NCBI GenBank assembly: GCA_038211855.1
Contig: JBBQVE010000003.1
Location: 33,907 to 97,906 of the forward strand
DNA length: 64,000 bases
From: Candidatus Saccharimonadales bacterium
GTDB taxonomy: Bacteria > Patescibacteriota > Saccharimonadia > Saccharimonadales > SZUA-47
Reading direction: 5' to 3'
The translations under genes and the position numbers were made by a program. Of the stretch, positions 18,202-26,372 are shown one piece after another. The first letter of the stretch is position 1. Every line of letters starts with the position of its first letter. A model generated the notes under the pieces. It had not been told where the DNA came from. It searched no databases and worked only from the letters and a program-made list of their open reading frames with translations.

Positions 18202-18894
18202 ATGTCTCATGGTGCATTTAGTGATGAATTAGAAAAATGGCTCAAAAGCAAAGAGCCAAAAACCTTCGAGCAGCTAGAATTAGTCTTTGGTGATCGAAGT
18301 TTTGGCATAATATTTTTGCTGCTGATGGCTTTTCCCGCTTTACCAGTTCCAACTGGGGGTATTAGTCATGTCATGGAAATCCTAACTGTTTTAATTGCTT
18401 TGCAACCACTGTTTGGTCGTCAGAAACTATGGATTCCAAATTTCTTACAAAAACACGAACTGCCGGCTGGTCTCGTCAAAAAAGTCCTGCCTATTATGAT
18501 GAGACGGATCAGGTGGCTCGAAAAATTTAGTCGCGTACGTGGGCAGTCGATTATAAAAAATCCGTGGTTTGTAAGTTTTGCCGGACTTTCGGTGATTATT
18601 TGTACGCTGTCGGCTTTTTTTGCGGTACCGTTTTCGGGGCTCGACACACTACCAGCAATGGGTGTTGTGCTGATGGCGCTGGCACTTATATTAAGTGACA
18701 TATCGTTTTTTATTGTGGGGCTCGTGGTTGGCTTGACGGGGCTCGTGCTAGAACTGACGGTTGGCGCGGCGATAATTGTCGGTATCAAGCATTTTTTTTC
18801 CCATGCCACGCCTGATGAGAAGATCTGGTTTGCTCTATTCATTGTAGCCGTATTGGCAATCATCTTTTACCGGCATCGTCGTAAAAATAAGTAA
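18202..18894 (+). CDS. ExoD-family exopolysaccharide synthesis membrane protein
   Basis: FEQLELVFGDRSFGIIFLLLMAFPALPVPTGGISHVMEILTVLIALQ fits the ExoD family. TATACT -10 lies 6 nt upstream of the ATG (leaderless-looking). Confidence 0.7.
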   Translation: MSHGAFSDELEKWLKSKEPKTFEQLELVFGDRSFGIIFLLLMAFPALPVPTGGISHVMEILTVLIALQPLFGRQKLWIPNFLQKHELPAGLVKKVLPIMMRRIRWLEKFSRVRGQSIIKNPWFVSFAGLSVIICTLSAFFAVPFSGLDTLPAMGVVLMALALILSDISFFIVGLVVGLTGLVLELTVGAAIIVGIKHFFSHATPDEKIWFALFIVAVLAIIFYRHRRKNK

Positions 18895-18961
18895 TATTTC
18901 GTGCATGTCTTCAGGGTCGTAAGCGGCTATAATGAAAGCAAGCATAAACGGAGATAAAAAA

Positions 18962-19492
18962 ATGAGTGTAGACCTCGTTGCCGACAATAAAAAAATAACA
19001 GCCACTGCTCATGCCGCCCTAGAAGGTCCTGATATTTCTGGCACGGTAGATTTTACGGAATATGATGTTGATGGCTGGAAATATGTGCGTGTTGTCGCTG
19101 ATATTCAAGGCGATCCAGCGGTGTTGAAGCCAGGCAAACATGCCATGCATATTCATGAAAAAGGCGAGTGTGAATGTGAAGGCTTCAAATGCGCCGGCGG
19201 CCACTTCGATCCTGGTGCCTCTGGCAACAGCGACGCAGACGCCAATCACGGCTACCATGCCGGCGATCTCCCAAATGTCACAGTTGATGCATCGGGTCAT
19301 GGCACGATGGAAACGATTACTTCCCGTGTAACGCTTTCGGCTGGTCCTGTCTCGATTCTTGACACCGCCTCAGCGCCTGAGGGCACGTCAATCATGTTGC
19401 ACGCCAATGAAGACCCTTACACACCCGGAGAGTCTGGCTCTGGTCACAGCGGCGGCCCACGGCTTGCCTGCGGTAAAATAGAAGCTGTTTAG
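18962..19492 (+). CDS. sodC: Cu/Zn superoxide dismutase (SodC family), no signal peptide
   Basis: HAMHIHEKGEC, GGHFDP, HAGDLPN and SIMLHANED...GGPRLACGKI motifs. ATG 18932 overlaps the TATAAT -10, so ATG 18962 (GGAGA SD) is taken as the start. Confidence 0.8.
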   Translation: MSVDLVADNKKITATAHAALEGPDISGTVDFTEYDVDGWKYVRVVADIQGDPAVLKPGKHAMHIHEKGECECEGFKCAGGHFDPGASGNSDADANHGYHAGDLPNVTVDASGHGTMETITSRVTLSAGPVSILDTASAPEGTSIMLHANEDPYTPGESGSGHSGGPRLACGKIEAV

Positions 19493-19493
19493 A

Positions 19494-19955
19494 ATGGCTG
19501 ATCCGGATCCGTTACAGGCCGAAGAAAAGATTGTTGAAGCCTCGATTGTAACGCATGCTGACGAGATATCGCTCGATCAGCCGTTTCCTGATGAAATTAC
19601 GATGCCGACGCCACCAACCAACCCAGTGACCACACCTGAAGGGCAGACCGAAGAACCAGCCAAAGAACAGAAAGAACCCGCGACAGCCGCTGGATATAGC
19701 GCCGGTGACATTGCGACTGCGCTCGTGAAGCCTCCAGAGCCTGTTATTACCGAGACGAAAAAAGCTGTCAAAAATCCGCATGTTAAGTTTCTGGTTGGCA
19801 TCGGTGTAGCTTTTGCGCTCATTGGTATTCTGCTCATCGTGCTCGTTGACTCGATTCTCGGTGGTGTGGTGATGGTTTTTGGGGTGCTTTTTGTGATTGC
19901 GGCGGTCTTCTTGCCGGTCCACAAGCTCTTCAAACCAAAAAAGCCCGCCAAATGA
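19494..19955 (+). CDS. Hypothetical protein, acidic/Pro-rich N-terminus, C-terminal TM helices
   Basis: ORF only; no recognisable domain. C-terminal FLVGIGVAFALIGILLIVLVDSILGGVVMVFGVLFVIAAVFL. Confidence 0.5.
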   Translation: MADPDPLQAEEKIVEASIVTHADEISLDQPFPDEITMPTPPTNPVTTPEGQTEEPAKEQKEPATAAGYSAGDIATALVKPPEPVITETKKAVKNPHVKFLVGIGVAFALIGILLIVLVDSILGGVVMVFGVLFVIAAVFLPVHKLFKPKKPAK

Positions 19956-19982
19956 AAAAGCCCTGTCTACTACAACAGGGCT
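19955..19982 (-). terminator. Hairpin terminator (T-run on the minus strand)
   Basis: AGCCCTGT-8 nt-ACAGGGCT preceded by AAAAA on the plus strand. This equals hairpin + TTTTT for a minus-strand transcript from 20116. Confidence 0.45.
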
Positions 19983-20228
19983 GATTCAAGTAAGATTTAT
20001 GGCTTCTCGCAAATAACCACAAACCTTGCCTTCTAGTATACTATAAACTCTTGCCAAAATTCGCGTTTCTTGGAATTGATGTTTGGCAGAGTTTCTGCCG
20101 GTAGCTGCTTTGTCATAGCACGTCCTCTTTCGTTTATGAATAGTACTATATTCCCCTTAAGCTGAGAAAACCGTAAGAATTATTACTTTTTTACCTTTTG
20201 TCGGTCTACTCGTGGTATATTGTCGCTA

Positions 20229-21035
20229 GTGGCTTTCGCAAAATCCAAGTCTGATGTATCTGCCAAAGACTTTTTGGTTCAATTTGATGGTGATATCGAT
20301 GCCGCTATCACCGCCTTGCAATCTGTGAAAGCGGCAGCCTACAAAGCCAAAAAAGTAGCCGATACACCCATCCTCGTTCGTACTGAAGACCTCAAGAAAA
20401 AGTATAAGATTGGTCGTACATATGTTGAGGCGCTCAAGGGCGTTTCGATTGAAATTCACGAAGGCGAATTCATCGCGTTTACAGGGGCGAGTGGCAGTGG
20501 CAAAAGCACACTTTTGCAACTGATTGGTGGTCTCGACAAACCCAGTGATGGCAAAGTCATCGTTGATGGCAACGATATTACCAAACTCAGCGATCGTCGC
20601 CTGTCTATTTTTCGCAATAAAACCATCGGCTTTGTCTTCCAGTTCTTCTATTTGCAGCCATTTTTGCGCCTGCAGACCAATCTTGAAGTTCCGGCTATGT
20701 TTGCCCGTACCAAACGGAGTGTCCGTCAAAAACAAAGTGGGGAACTTGCTAAAGCGGTTGGTCTTGAAGACCGTCTGACGCACCTTCCAAAGGAACTGTC
20801 AGGTGGCCAGATGCAACGGGCCGCGATTGCTCGTGCCCTGCTCAATCGACCGAAGTTGATTCTAGCCGACGAACCAACCGGTAATCTCGATAGCGTCAAC
20901 GGTGAGGCAATCATCAATCTGTTTGAGCAGATTCGCAAAGACTACGGCACGACGATTGTGGTGGTGACGCATGATCCGAAGGTTGCAGCCCGCGCAGACC
21001 GTGAAATTAGACTGCAGGATGGACTGATTATATGA
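20229..21035 (+). CDS. ABC transporter ATP-binding protein (MacB/LolD/FtsE-like) with ~45-aa N-terminal extension
   Basis: Walker A GASGSGKST, Q-loop, signature LSGGQMQR, Walker B ILADEPT. TTG 20220 lies inside a TGGTATATT -10, so GTG 20229 is preferred. The start is uncertain. Confidence 0.85.
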   Translation: MAFAKSKSDVSAKDFLVQFDGDIDAAITALQSVKAAAYKAKKVADTPILVRTEDLKKKYKIGRTYVEALKGVSIEIHEGEFIAFTGASGSGKSTLLQLIGGLDKPSDGKVIVDGNDITKLSDRRLSIFRNKTIGFVFQFFYLQPFLRLQTNLEVPAMFARTKRSVRQKQSGELAKAVGLEDRLTHLPKELSGGQMQRAAIARALLNRPKLILADEPTGNLDSVNGEAIINLFEQIRKDYGTTIVVVTHDPKVAARADREIRLQDGLII

Positions 21036-22939
21036 TTCGATTACGTGACAGTCTCACGCTGGCACTCACGAAGCTGCGTACCCGTAAGGTTCGCTTGATG
21101 GTGACGATTATTGTTTCTGGCTTGTTATTTTGCGGCCTGACAGCAGCTTCTCTGGTAGTGCGCGGCGCCTTCCATAGTATTGATTCGTTTAATAAAGAGG
21201 GCTTTGGTAGCCGTTACATCGTCCAAGGCTTTTCGCAGGGCAACTTCGTAAACACACAGGACGCGAAGATAATTGACAGGGCAGTGGCCATTCAAAAAGA
21301 CCTGATTACCCGCAAAAAAGCTGCTGCCAAAACGCTTGGTGTTGAATATGACGCCAGCACCGAACAGTCGCCAGTTCAGGAGTATGATTACCCGGGTGGC
21401 AAACAGCGGAACCTTGATATGAACCAGCCGGCCGCCCAGCAAGCCGTGAAGGAACTTTCCCCGGTGAAGCCAACAGGTGTCGACGACATGAAAAAGGCTG
21501 CTGCTCCATTTCAGGGCCAAGCCACCTACCAAAGTCAGATATTTACTCCACCCACCAATGGGTCTTCATTGCAGGTCTTGAAGAATGGCAAAGAGACGTA
21601 TGGCGGTGCAACGGCGCAATTTCAAAATGGGCCACCAACCGGTACCGACTCATTCACGACATTATGGACGCTGGCCAGTGGCAAGTTGATGCAACCATTC
21701 CTTTTGAAGGGCAGTACCCTTGACGATAAAGGTGATGGGTCGATTCCCATCGTCGTACCAGTCAGTGCCGCTGAACAGCTACTCAATCTCAAAGAATTAC
21801 CGGGTAGCGCCAAACCAGATGCACGACTGGCTCGCATGAAACTATTGCGCCAGGAAGCAGCACGTCTTACATTTCAAGTTTGTTACCGCAATGGCACATC
21901 GGCTGGGCTCGTCAATACAGCAGTCAGTACCGCTCAACAAGTTGACGAGAATAAAAACAAGAAAGACTATCAAAAACCGGATCTGATCTATGGAATTCCA
22001 GCGCAACCTTGCGGTACGGTCGCAGTCACACGTGACGTGCGTGATGCCGACACCAAAGCACTCGCTGCCAAGCAGGACCAGTTTGATGCGATGTTTGGAA
22101 AAGTGCCAGCGTCAGAACAGACGCTCAATTTCCGCGTTGTTGGTTTATCACCAGATATCGGTGGTGGTGCGGCCTTAGGCGTTTCGCAGGTCGTTTCTTC
22201 TCTGGTGACATCTTCGCTCGGTTCAGGCTGGTTCACACCGCAGGAATACGCCGCCAAAGCCCCGTTGCTTGATACCTTATTTTCATCAGCCGGTGCAGCT
22301 TATGGTTCTCCGCCTTCACTTTATGAAGAATTTGCCACCGCCGATCAAGCCCGTCACTTTATAGATGCCGAAAACTGTCAGCCCGACTATGGCGCGAATG
22401 GTCCATCCGACAAATGTATTAAAGCCAACAAGCCCTTCTCTTTGAACCCCTATGGAAGTAACAGTTTGGCATTGGAAAGCGCCCAGAAAAGCTTTAATAA
22501 GATTTTTAGCATCGCCACGCTGGTTGCCGCAATTATTGCAGCGATTATCATGATGGGCACAGTCGGACGAATGATTGCCGATAGCCGCCGTGAAACCGCC
22601 GTCTTCCGTGCCATAGGTGCCAAAAAGCTCGATATCGCCCAAATTTACGTGCTGTACACCGTGTTACTGGCTGTCCTGATCTGTATTTTCGCCGTGGCCG
22701 TCGGTGTAATAGTGGCCGCCGTGGCCGATCACAAATATGGGCCGCAAGCGACCGTGCAGGCCTTGGTTGCCTATAACTCGCAAGACTTAACGCGTAAATT
22801 TACACTGTTTAACTTCTACATCGTCGACATGCTCCGTTTGGTCGGCTTAATCCTTGCCGCTAGTATAATCAGCTCTGTATTACCTCTGTTCCGTAATCTG
22901 CGCCGCAACCCGATCCGCGACATGCGCGACGATACGTAA
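21032..22939 (+). CDS. ABC transporter permease, FtsX/MacB-type, with a ~450-aa extracytoplasmic domain
   Basis: One N-terminal TM, a long soluble region, then a C-terminal FtsX-like 3-TM bundle (RETAVFRAIGAKKLDI...). ATGA overlap with the ATPase gene. Confidence 0.8.
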   Translation: MIRLRDSLTLALTKLRTRKVRLMVTIIVSGLLFCGLTAASLVVRGAFHSIDSFNKEGFGSRYIVQGFSQGNFVNTQDAKIIDRAVAIQKDLITRKKAAAKTLGVEYDASTEQSPVQEYDYPGGKQRNLDMNQPAAQQAVKELSPVKPTGVDDMKKAAAPFQGQATYQSQIFTPPTNGSSLQVLKNGKETYGGATAQFQNGPPTGTDSFTTLWTLASGKLMQPFLLKGSTLDDKGDGSIPIVVPVSAAEQLLNLKELPGSAKPDARLARMKLLRQEAARLTFQVCYRNGTSAGLVNTAVSTAQQVDENKNKKDYQKPDLIYGIPAQPCGTVAVTRDVRDADTKALAAKQDQFDAMFGKVPASEQTLNFRVVGLSPDIGGGAALGVSQVVSSLVTSSLGSGWFTPQEYAAKAPLLDTLFSSAGAAYGSPPSLYEEFATADQARHFIDAENCQPDYGANGPSDKCIKANKPFSLNPYGSNSLALESAQKSFNKIFSIATLVAAIIAAIIMMGTVGRMIADSRRETAVFRAIGAKKLDIAQIYVLYTVLLAVLICIFAVAVGVIVAAVADHKYGPQATVQALVAYNSQDLTRKFTLFNFYIVDMLRLVGLILAASIISSVLPLFRNLRRNPIRDMRDDT

Positions 22940-22940
22940 G

Positions 22941-22969
22941 TTGACTTTACGACCTCTGTTTGTTACACT
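22941..22969 (+). promoter_or_regulatory. Promoter of tRNA-fMet
   Basis: TTGACT-N17-TACACT with extended TG (TGTTACACT), 17 nt before the tRNA start. It contains ACCTCTGTT, a motif also found at 23124, 25433 and 50027. Confidence 0.5.
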
Positions 22970-22985
22970 AATTTAGCCTAAATAT

Positions 22986-23060
22986 CGCGGGATAGAGCAG
23001 TGGCAGCTCGTGTGGCTCATAACCACAAGGTCGCAGGTTCGAGTCCTGCTCCCGCTACCA
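22986..23060 (+). tRNA. tRNA-Met (anticodon CAU), initiator-like, CCA encoded
   Basis: CGCGGGATAGAGCAGTGGCAGCTCGTGTGGCTCATAACCACAAGGTCGCAGGTTCGAGTCCTGCTCCCGCTACCA forms a 75-nt cloverleaf. The unpaired 1:72 position (C:U) and overall similarity to bacterial tRNA-fMet (CGCGGG...GCTCATAACC...CCCGCAACCA) suggest initiator identity. Confidence 0.85.
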
Positions 23061-23076
23061 AGTTTGAATAACAGAT

Positions 23077-23106
23077 AGAGATTGGTTCCAAAACCAGTCT
23101 CTTTTT
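23077..23106 (+). terminator. Hairpin terminator after tRNA-fMet (part of the repeated L module)
   Basis: AGAGATTGG-ttccaaaa-CCAGTCTCT + TTTT. The 34-nt block 23077-23110 is identical to 24562-24595. Confidence 0.6.
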
Positions 23107-23229
23107 GATTTGATAGTTAATTCACCTCTGTTATTTAAGTTCGAGTCCTGTTTGGTCTTTTTGCTCATGCTTGCATTAGACTCTATGCACGTTGCAAGAT
23201 ATATATAAGACTAAATTCGAGGAGAAGTT

Positions 23230-24423
23230 ATGCCAGAGCTAATGAGCCCAGAGACTCAGGAAGATTTTAAACGGACAATAGGTCGCGTTGAAGGGGTAAC
23301 CGGCTATGAAAGACCAGCAGCATTTGCTCTGGGATTAGCCACTATTGAGGGTGAGGGCGAAGACAAAAAAGTCATCGAAGTACAATACACCCGCAGAAAC
23401 TACGCAGAAAACTTTGGGACAGCTGCAGTATTGGCTGTAGCTACACAACAATGGACAGGCTTAGAGACAGGAGAATTTTTGCTGAGACCTCATCAATTAG
23501 ATACTGTGACTCGTTTGTTTAGGCCATTTTTCGAAAATGGTCTAGTCTTACCAGGACATGCTAATATCGACACACTGATGGCGATGAGAGATGTGCAAGT
23601 TGGCGGATTATTTCCTAAATCAGGTGCGGATAATATCTCAAACCCACGTGTACCAATCTTAGGTGTAATACGCAGCTGGGATGACGAACCAGTCAGTGTT
23701 GCCGACATCTTTCTAAGACTCTATGCACTCTCTGACCGGCACCGCTTGCCAAACACAGCAAATATTGTGCCTGGACGCGATTTTCCAAAGCTACCAAACA
23801 CAGTGATGAGCGAGTCACTTGGTACGTTTAGCGTTGACAGATGGAATGCAATGTCGGAAAGAATCGCCTTTAGGGGCTTATCAACTGCCGTTCGTGGATT
23901 GGATAAATTCCCACGTATGACAGACCATGTGGTGCCAACGGGTGTTAGAATTGCCGACCCAAGCAGAGTACGTCTCGGAGCGCATCTTGGTTCTGGTACG
24001 ACCGTAATGCATGAAGGCTTTGCTAACTTTAACGCTGGTACAGTAGGCGCAAGTATGGTTGAAGGTAGAATCAGCGCTGGCGTACTTGTAGGTGAAGGTT
24101 CCGACGTGGGCGGCGGTGCATCAATTATGGGCACTATGTCAGGCGGTGGTAAAGAAGTCATTAGTATAGGAGAAAAATGTCTCTTAGAGGCTAATAGCGG
24201 AATAGGAATATCATTAGGAGATAACTGTAGAGTCGAAGCAGGCACATATGTAAAGTCGACCACTAAGGTCAAACTACCAAACGGCGACTGGGTAAAAGCT
24301 GATAGACTGTCAGGCCAAGATAATATGATGCTACGCAGAAGTTCTGTCACTGGCGAAGTAGAACTGCTACCAAACGTAGGTACAGAATGGGGCGGTCTTA
24401 ACTCAGTGCTTCATACTAACTAG
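23230..24423 (+). CDS. dapD: 2,3,4,5-tetrahydropyridine-2,6-dicarboxylate N-succinyltransferase, long (Pseudomonas-type) form
   Basis: DKFPRMTDHVVPTGVRIADPSRVRLGAHLGSGTTVMHEGFANFNAGTVGASMVEGRISAGVLVGEGSDVGGGASIMGTMSGGGKEVISIGEKCLLEANSGIGISLGD is a hexapeptide-repeat domain. It is near-colinear with my recollection of long-form DapD. GAGGAG SD. Confidence 0.8.
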   Translation: MPELMSPETQEDFKRTIGRVEGVTGYERPAAFALGLATIEGEGEDKKVIEVQYTRRNYAENFGTAAVLAVATQQWTGLETGEFLLRPHQLDTVTRLFRPFFENGLVLPGHANIDTLMAMRDVQVGGLFPKSGADNISNPRVPILGVIRSWDDEPVSVADIFLRLYALSDRHRLPNTANIVPGRDFPKLPNTVMSESLGTFSVDRWNAMSERIAFRGLSTAVRGLDKFPRMTDHVVPTGVRIADPSRVRLGAHLGSGTTVMHEGFANFNAGTVGASMVEGRISAGVLVGEGSDVGGGASIMGTMSGGGKEVISIGEKCLLEANSGIGISLGDNCRVEAGTYVKSTTKVKLPNGDWVKADRLSGQDNMMLRRSSVTGEVELLPNVGTEWGGLNSVLHTN

Positions 24424-24435
24424 TGTTTTAAAGTT

Positions 24436-24546
24436 CTAGTGTCGTGCGGTAGAGTAAACAACTCCTGCTTGAACCCTATAAAGTTGTAACCATCGAACTA
24501 ACTCGCTAAAGATAAGGTTCCAATTCGAATGTACAAGGGCTACCAA
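24436..24546 (-). repeat. Tail unit U-fMet-1 (att-like module)
   Basis: On the minus strand, TTGGTAGCC (mimic of the tRNA CCA end) opens the frame LVALVHSNWNLIFSELVRWLQLYRVQAGVVYSTARH*. 19/36 aa identical to the unit at 26230-26340, with no indels. Confidence 0.6.
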
Positions 24547-24561
24547 GTGAAAATAAAAGAG

Positions 24562-24591
24562 AGAGATTGGTTCCAAAACCAGTCTCTTTTT
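24562..24591 (+). terminator. Second copy of the L-module hairpin
   Basis: Identical to 23077-23106. Confidence 0.55.
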
Positions 24592-24806
24592 GATTACAAC
24601 GGACTTCCGGGTATATCCCCAGTTCTAAGATTTTAATGAGAAACCTGGGCATCGAGACATGAAACAGTGTTGTTAGTAGGGAAACACTTTATGCACACGG
24701 AAGCCTTAAGTATAGACTAATTGTCAATTTTTCGCAGTAAGCTATGTTATATGATGACCGAATTATTTAGCATATATTGAGAGTACTTAATAATAAGAAA
24801 GCTGAA

Positions 24807-25181
24807 ATGCGAAGCATAGTTTTGAACAAGTCAAGAGTATCCACCGTTATCTCAAAAAGTATCCTTACTATATCTATTATTTTATCAATGATAGGAATCT
24901 CGGTTGTGGCATCACCTATGGCGAGTGCTTATTACGGCTCATCGGTAATGGCCGTTAGTGCACCGGGATGTGGGACGACCTGCCCGAACGGACCGGAATA
25001 CATAATCCCTCAATTCAAAAAAGTATACATGATCTGTTACAAAGACATGACATGGCGATATACCAATGGTCGGTGGTCCAATAGATGGTATCGGGTTATC
25101 CCTGATGGATGGGGCTTTGCTGTTTACACGCCGGCGCCTGCTGTGGCCAATCCAATGTCAGTTGGCTGGTGTAACTACTAG
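24807..25181 (+). CDS. Small secreted Cys/Trp/Tyr-rich hypothetical protein (124 aa)
   Basis: ORF 24777..25181; ATG 24807 taken as the start. Signal/anchor ILTISIILSMIGISVVASPMASA. The mature part carries 5 Cys. A strong terminator follows. Confidence 0.55.
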   Translation: MRSIVLNKSRVSTVISKSILTISIILSMIGISVVASPMASAYYGSSVMAVSAPGCGTTCPNGPEYIIPQFKKVYMICYKDMTWRYTNGRWSNRWYRVIPDGWGFAVYTPAPAVANPMSVGWCNY

Positions 25182-25196
25182 TCAATTTGCAGATAA

Positions 25197-25230
25197 ATAG
25201 AGATTCACCTGCCGTGAATCTCTATTTTTA
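25197..25230 (+). terminator. Rho-independent terminator
   Basis: ATAGAGATTCAC-ctgcc-GTGAATCTCTAT + TTTTT. Confidence 0.7.
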
Positions 25231-25244
25231 TGACACCTATTTTT

Positions 25245-25369
25245 GCAGGTTCGAGTCTTGCTGCCTACTCATTAACAGGTGATTCCTTACGTACTTCATT
25301 AACTATCTTCCACATAGTTATCAGTTCTTGTTTCACTTGGTTCCATTTCGGCTCTGGCGTGGCTACCAA
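25245..25369 (-). repeat. Tail unit U-fMet-2 plus adjacent tRNA T-arm/acceptor copy
   Basis: 25245-25268 GCAGGTTCGAGTCTTGCTGCCTAC copies the tRNA-fMet 3' part. The minus-strand frame from TTGGTAGCC (25369) reads LVATPEPKWNQVKQELITMWKIVNEVRKESPVNE*, 17/34 identical to the unit at 42032-42136. Confidence 0.6.
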
Positions 25370-25484
25370 GTTTGAATATCAGCAAGAGATTGGCCTCAAA
25401 ACTAAACTCTATTATATTTGGTGCAAAAACTGACCTCTGTTTAGAAGATTTCAGTCTTACTCGGTGATCTGATAATATCGATGT

Positions 25485-26225
25485 ATGGAAATACTAGGAC
25501 TGCCCAGCTTTAGAATTGCAGCCAATATAAAAGGTAGTGAAGATAGTAATAAGGTCGCAATCTTAATGCCAGGTCGATTGGATACTAAAGACTATGCCAA
25601 CTTCCTTAGTCATTTAAATTTTCTTTCAATTCAGGGCTTCTATACTTTGGCGATTGACCCACCTGGTACGTGGGATAGTTCTGGTGACTTAAGTATCTTT
25701 ACAACCACCAATTACTTGAAAGTTATTCATGAAATTATCGACTACTTTGGCAATAGACCCACTCTTTTACTTGGCCATAGCCGTGGTGGAGCTACTGCTA
25801 TGCTTGCCTCGTGCAATCCAGCAGTATCTGGAGTTGTAGTAGTTAACTCAGCATTAGGGTCACCTACACCACCAGAGCTAAGTGATATTGAAGATGGAAC
25901 TCTACCTGAATACCGTGATTTACCACCTGGCAATATACGAACCGAGAAAAAGAAACGCTTCAACTTACCCATGGACTATTTTGAAGATGGTGTCAAACAC
26001 GACCCGGAAGGTACATTAGCCAGATTTAAGGGGCCTAAACTTATCGTACATGCAGATAAAGACGAGTTTGAAACCTTAGAGCGGGTTAGTGAAGTGTTCG
26101 ACAGGCTTTCTGAACCTAAAACATTTCTAAAGATTAATAGTACGCACGATTACCGACTTTACCCCGAGGCTATTAAAGCAGTTGAAGATGGACTAGGAAA
26201 ATTTCTAAAAGACTATTTTTACTAA
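25485..26225 (+). CDS. Alpha/beta-fold serine hydrolase
   Basis: 246 aa. Nucleophile elbow GHSRGG, late Asp (HADKDE) and His (STHDY). Confidence 0.75.
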   Translation: MEILGLPSFRIAANIKGSEDSNKVAILMPGRLDTKDYANFLSHLNFLSIQGFYTLAIDPPGTWDSSGDLSIFTTTNYLKVIHEIIDYFGNRPTLLLGHSRGGATAMLASCNPAVSGVVVVNSALGSPTPPELSDIEDGTLPEYRDLPPGNIRTEKKKRFNLPMDYFEDGVKHDPEGTLARFKGPKLIVHADKDEFETLERVSEVFDRLSEPKTFLKINSTHDYRLYPEAIKAVEDGLGKFLKDYFY

Positions 26226-26229
26226 GGTT

Positions 26230-26340
26230 CTAGTCCGCTGCGGTAGAGTAAGTAATAGGCATCACGCCACTAATAACCCCCAGCCAGCGGACTAACTCTC
26301 TACTGATATCGTTCCAATGTGAATGTACTTGGGCTACCAA
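26230..26340 (-). repeat. Tail unit U-fMet-3 (att-like module, last of the array)
   Basis: The minus-strand frame from TTGGTAGCC reads LVAQVHSHWNDISRELVRWLGVISGVMPITYSTAAD*. Its last codons (TACCGCAGCGGACTAGAACC) mimic the tRNA acceptor/T-arm. Confidence 0.6.
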
Positions 26341-26343
26341 TAA

Positions 26344-26372
26344 AAAAAGCCTTATCGAAAGATGGGCTTTTT
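26344..26372. terminator. Bidirectional terminator
   Basis: AAAAAGCC...ATC-gaaa-GAT...GGCTTTTT with an A-run on one side and a T-run on the other. It overlaps the stop of 26371..26823. Confidence 0.6.

Larger units (their letters stand above)
23061..26340. mobile_element. Tandem array of three single-gene cargo cassettes at the 3' end of tRNA-fMet (no recombinase retained)
   Basis: The order [GCTACCA core][recombinase-3'-end stump + hairpin][one + strand gene][tail unit ending GGCTACCAA] occurs three times. See findings. Confidence 0.55.

Noticed and set aside
20033-20116. A 27-aa minus-strand ORF (MTKQLPAETLPNINSKKREFWQEFIVY) with AAGAGGA SD, followed by the 19955-19982 hairpin.
   Set aside because: The signals are suggestive, but the ORF is very short with no recognisable family. 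It is kept only as a note; only the terminator is listed.
23139-23159. tRNA-like fragments considered as possible extra tRNA genes: 23139-23159, 25245-25268, 15958-15995, 42008-42035.
   Set aside because: Only T-arm/acceptor-like 3' portions are present. There is no D-arm, anticodon arm or matching 5' acceptor strand. They are interpreted as att-site or tRNA-end remnants.
23077-24595. An identical 34-nt block repeated 1.5 kb apart, considered as a possible CRISPR or REP array.
   Set aside because: There are only two identical copies plus one degenerate copy, each separated by a full gene. Each is a hairpin with a T-run. The spacing and structure do not fit CRISPR.
25230-25433. ORF-track entries crossing the att-like modules or tRNAs: 25230-25433 (+, 67 aa), 42066-42266 (-, 66 aa), 17158-17361 (-, 67 aa).
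   Set aside because: They run through tRNA sequence, tRNA-like fragments and terminator hairpins, and have no translation signals. The conserved frame of the tail units is a different one.
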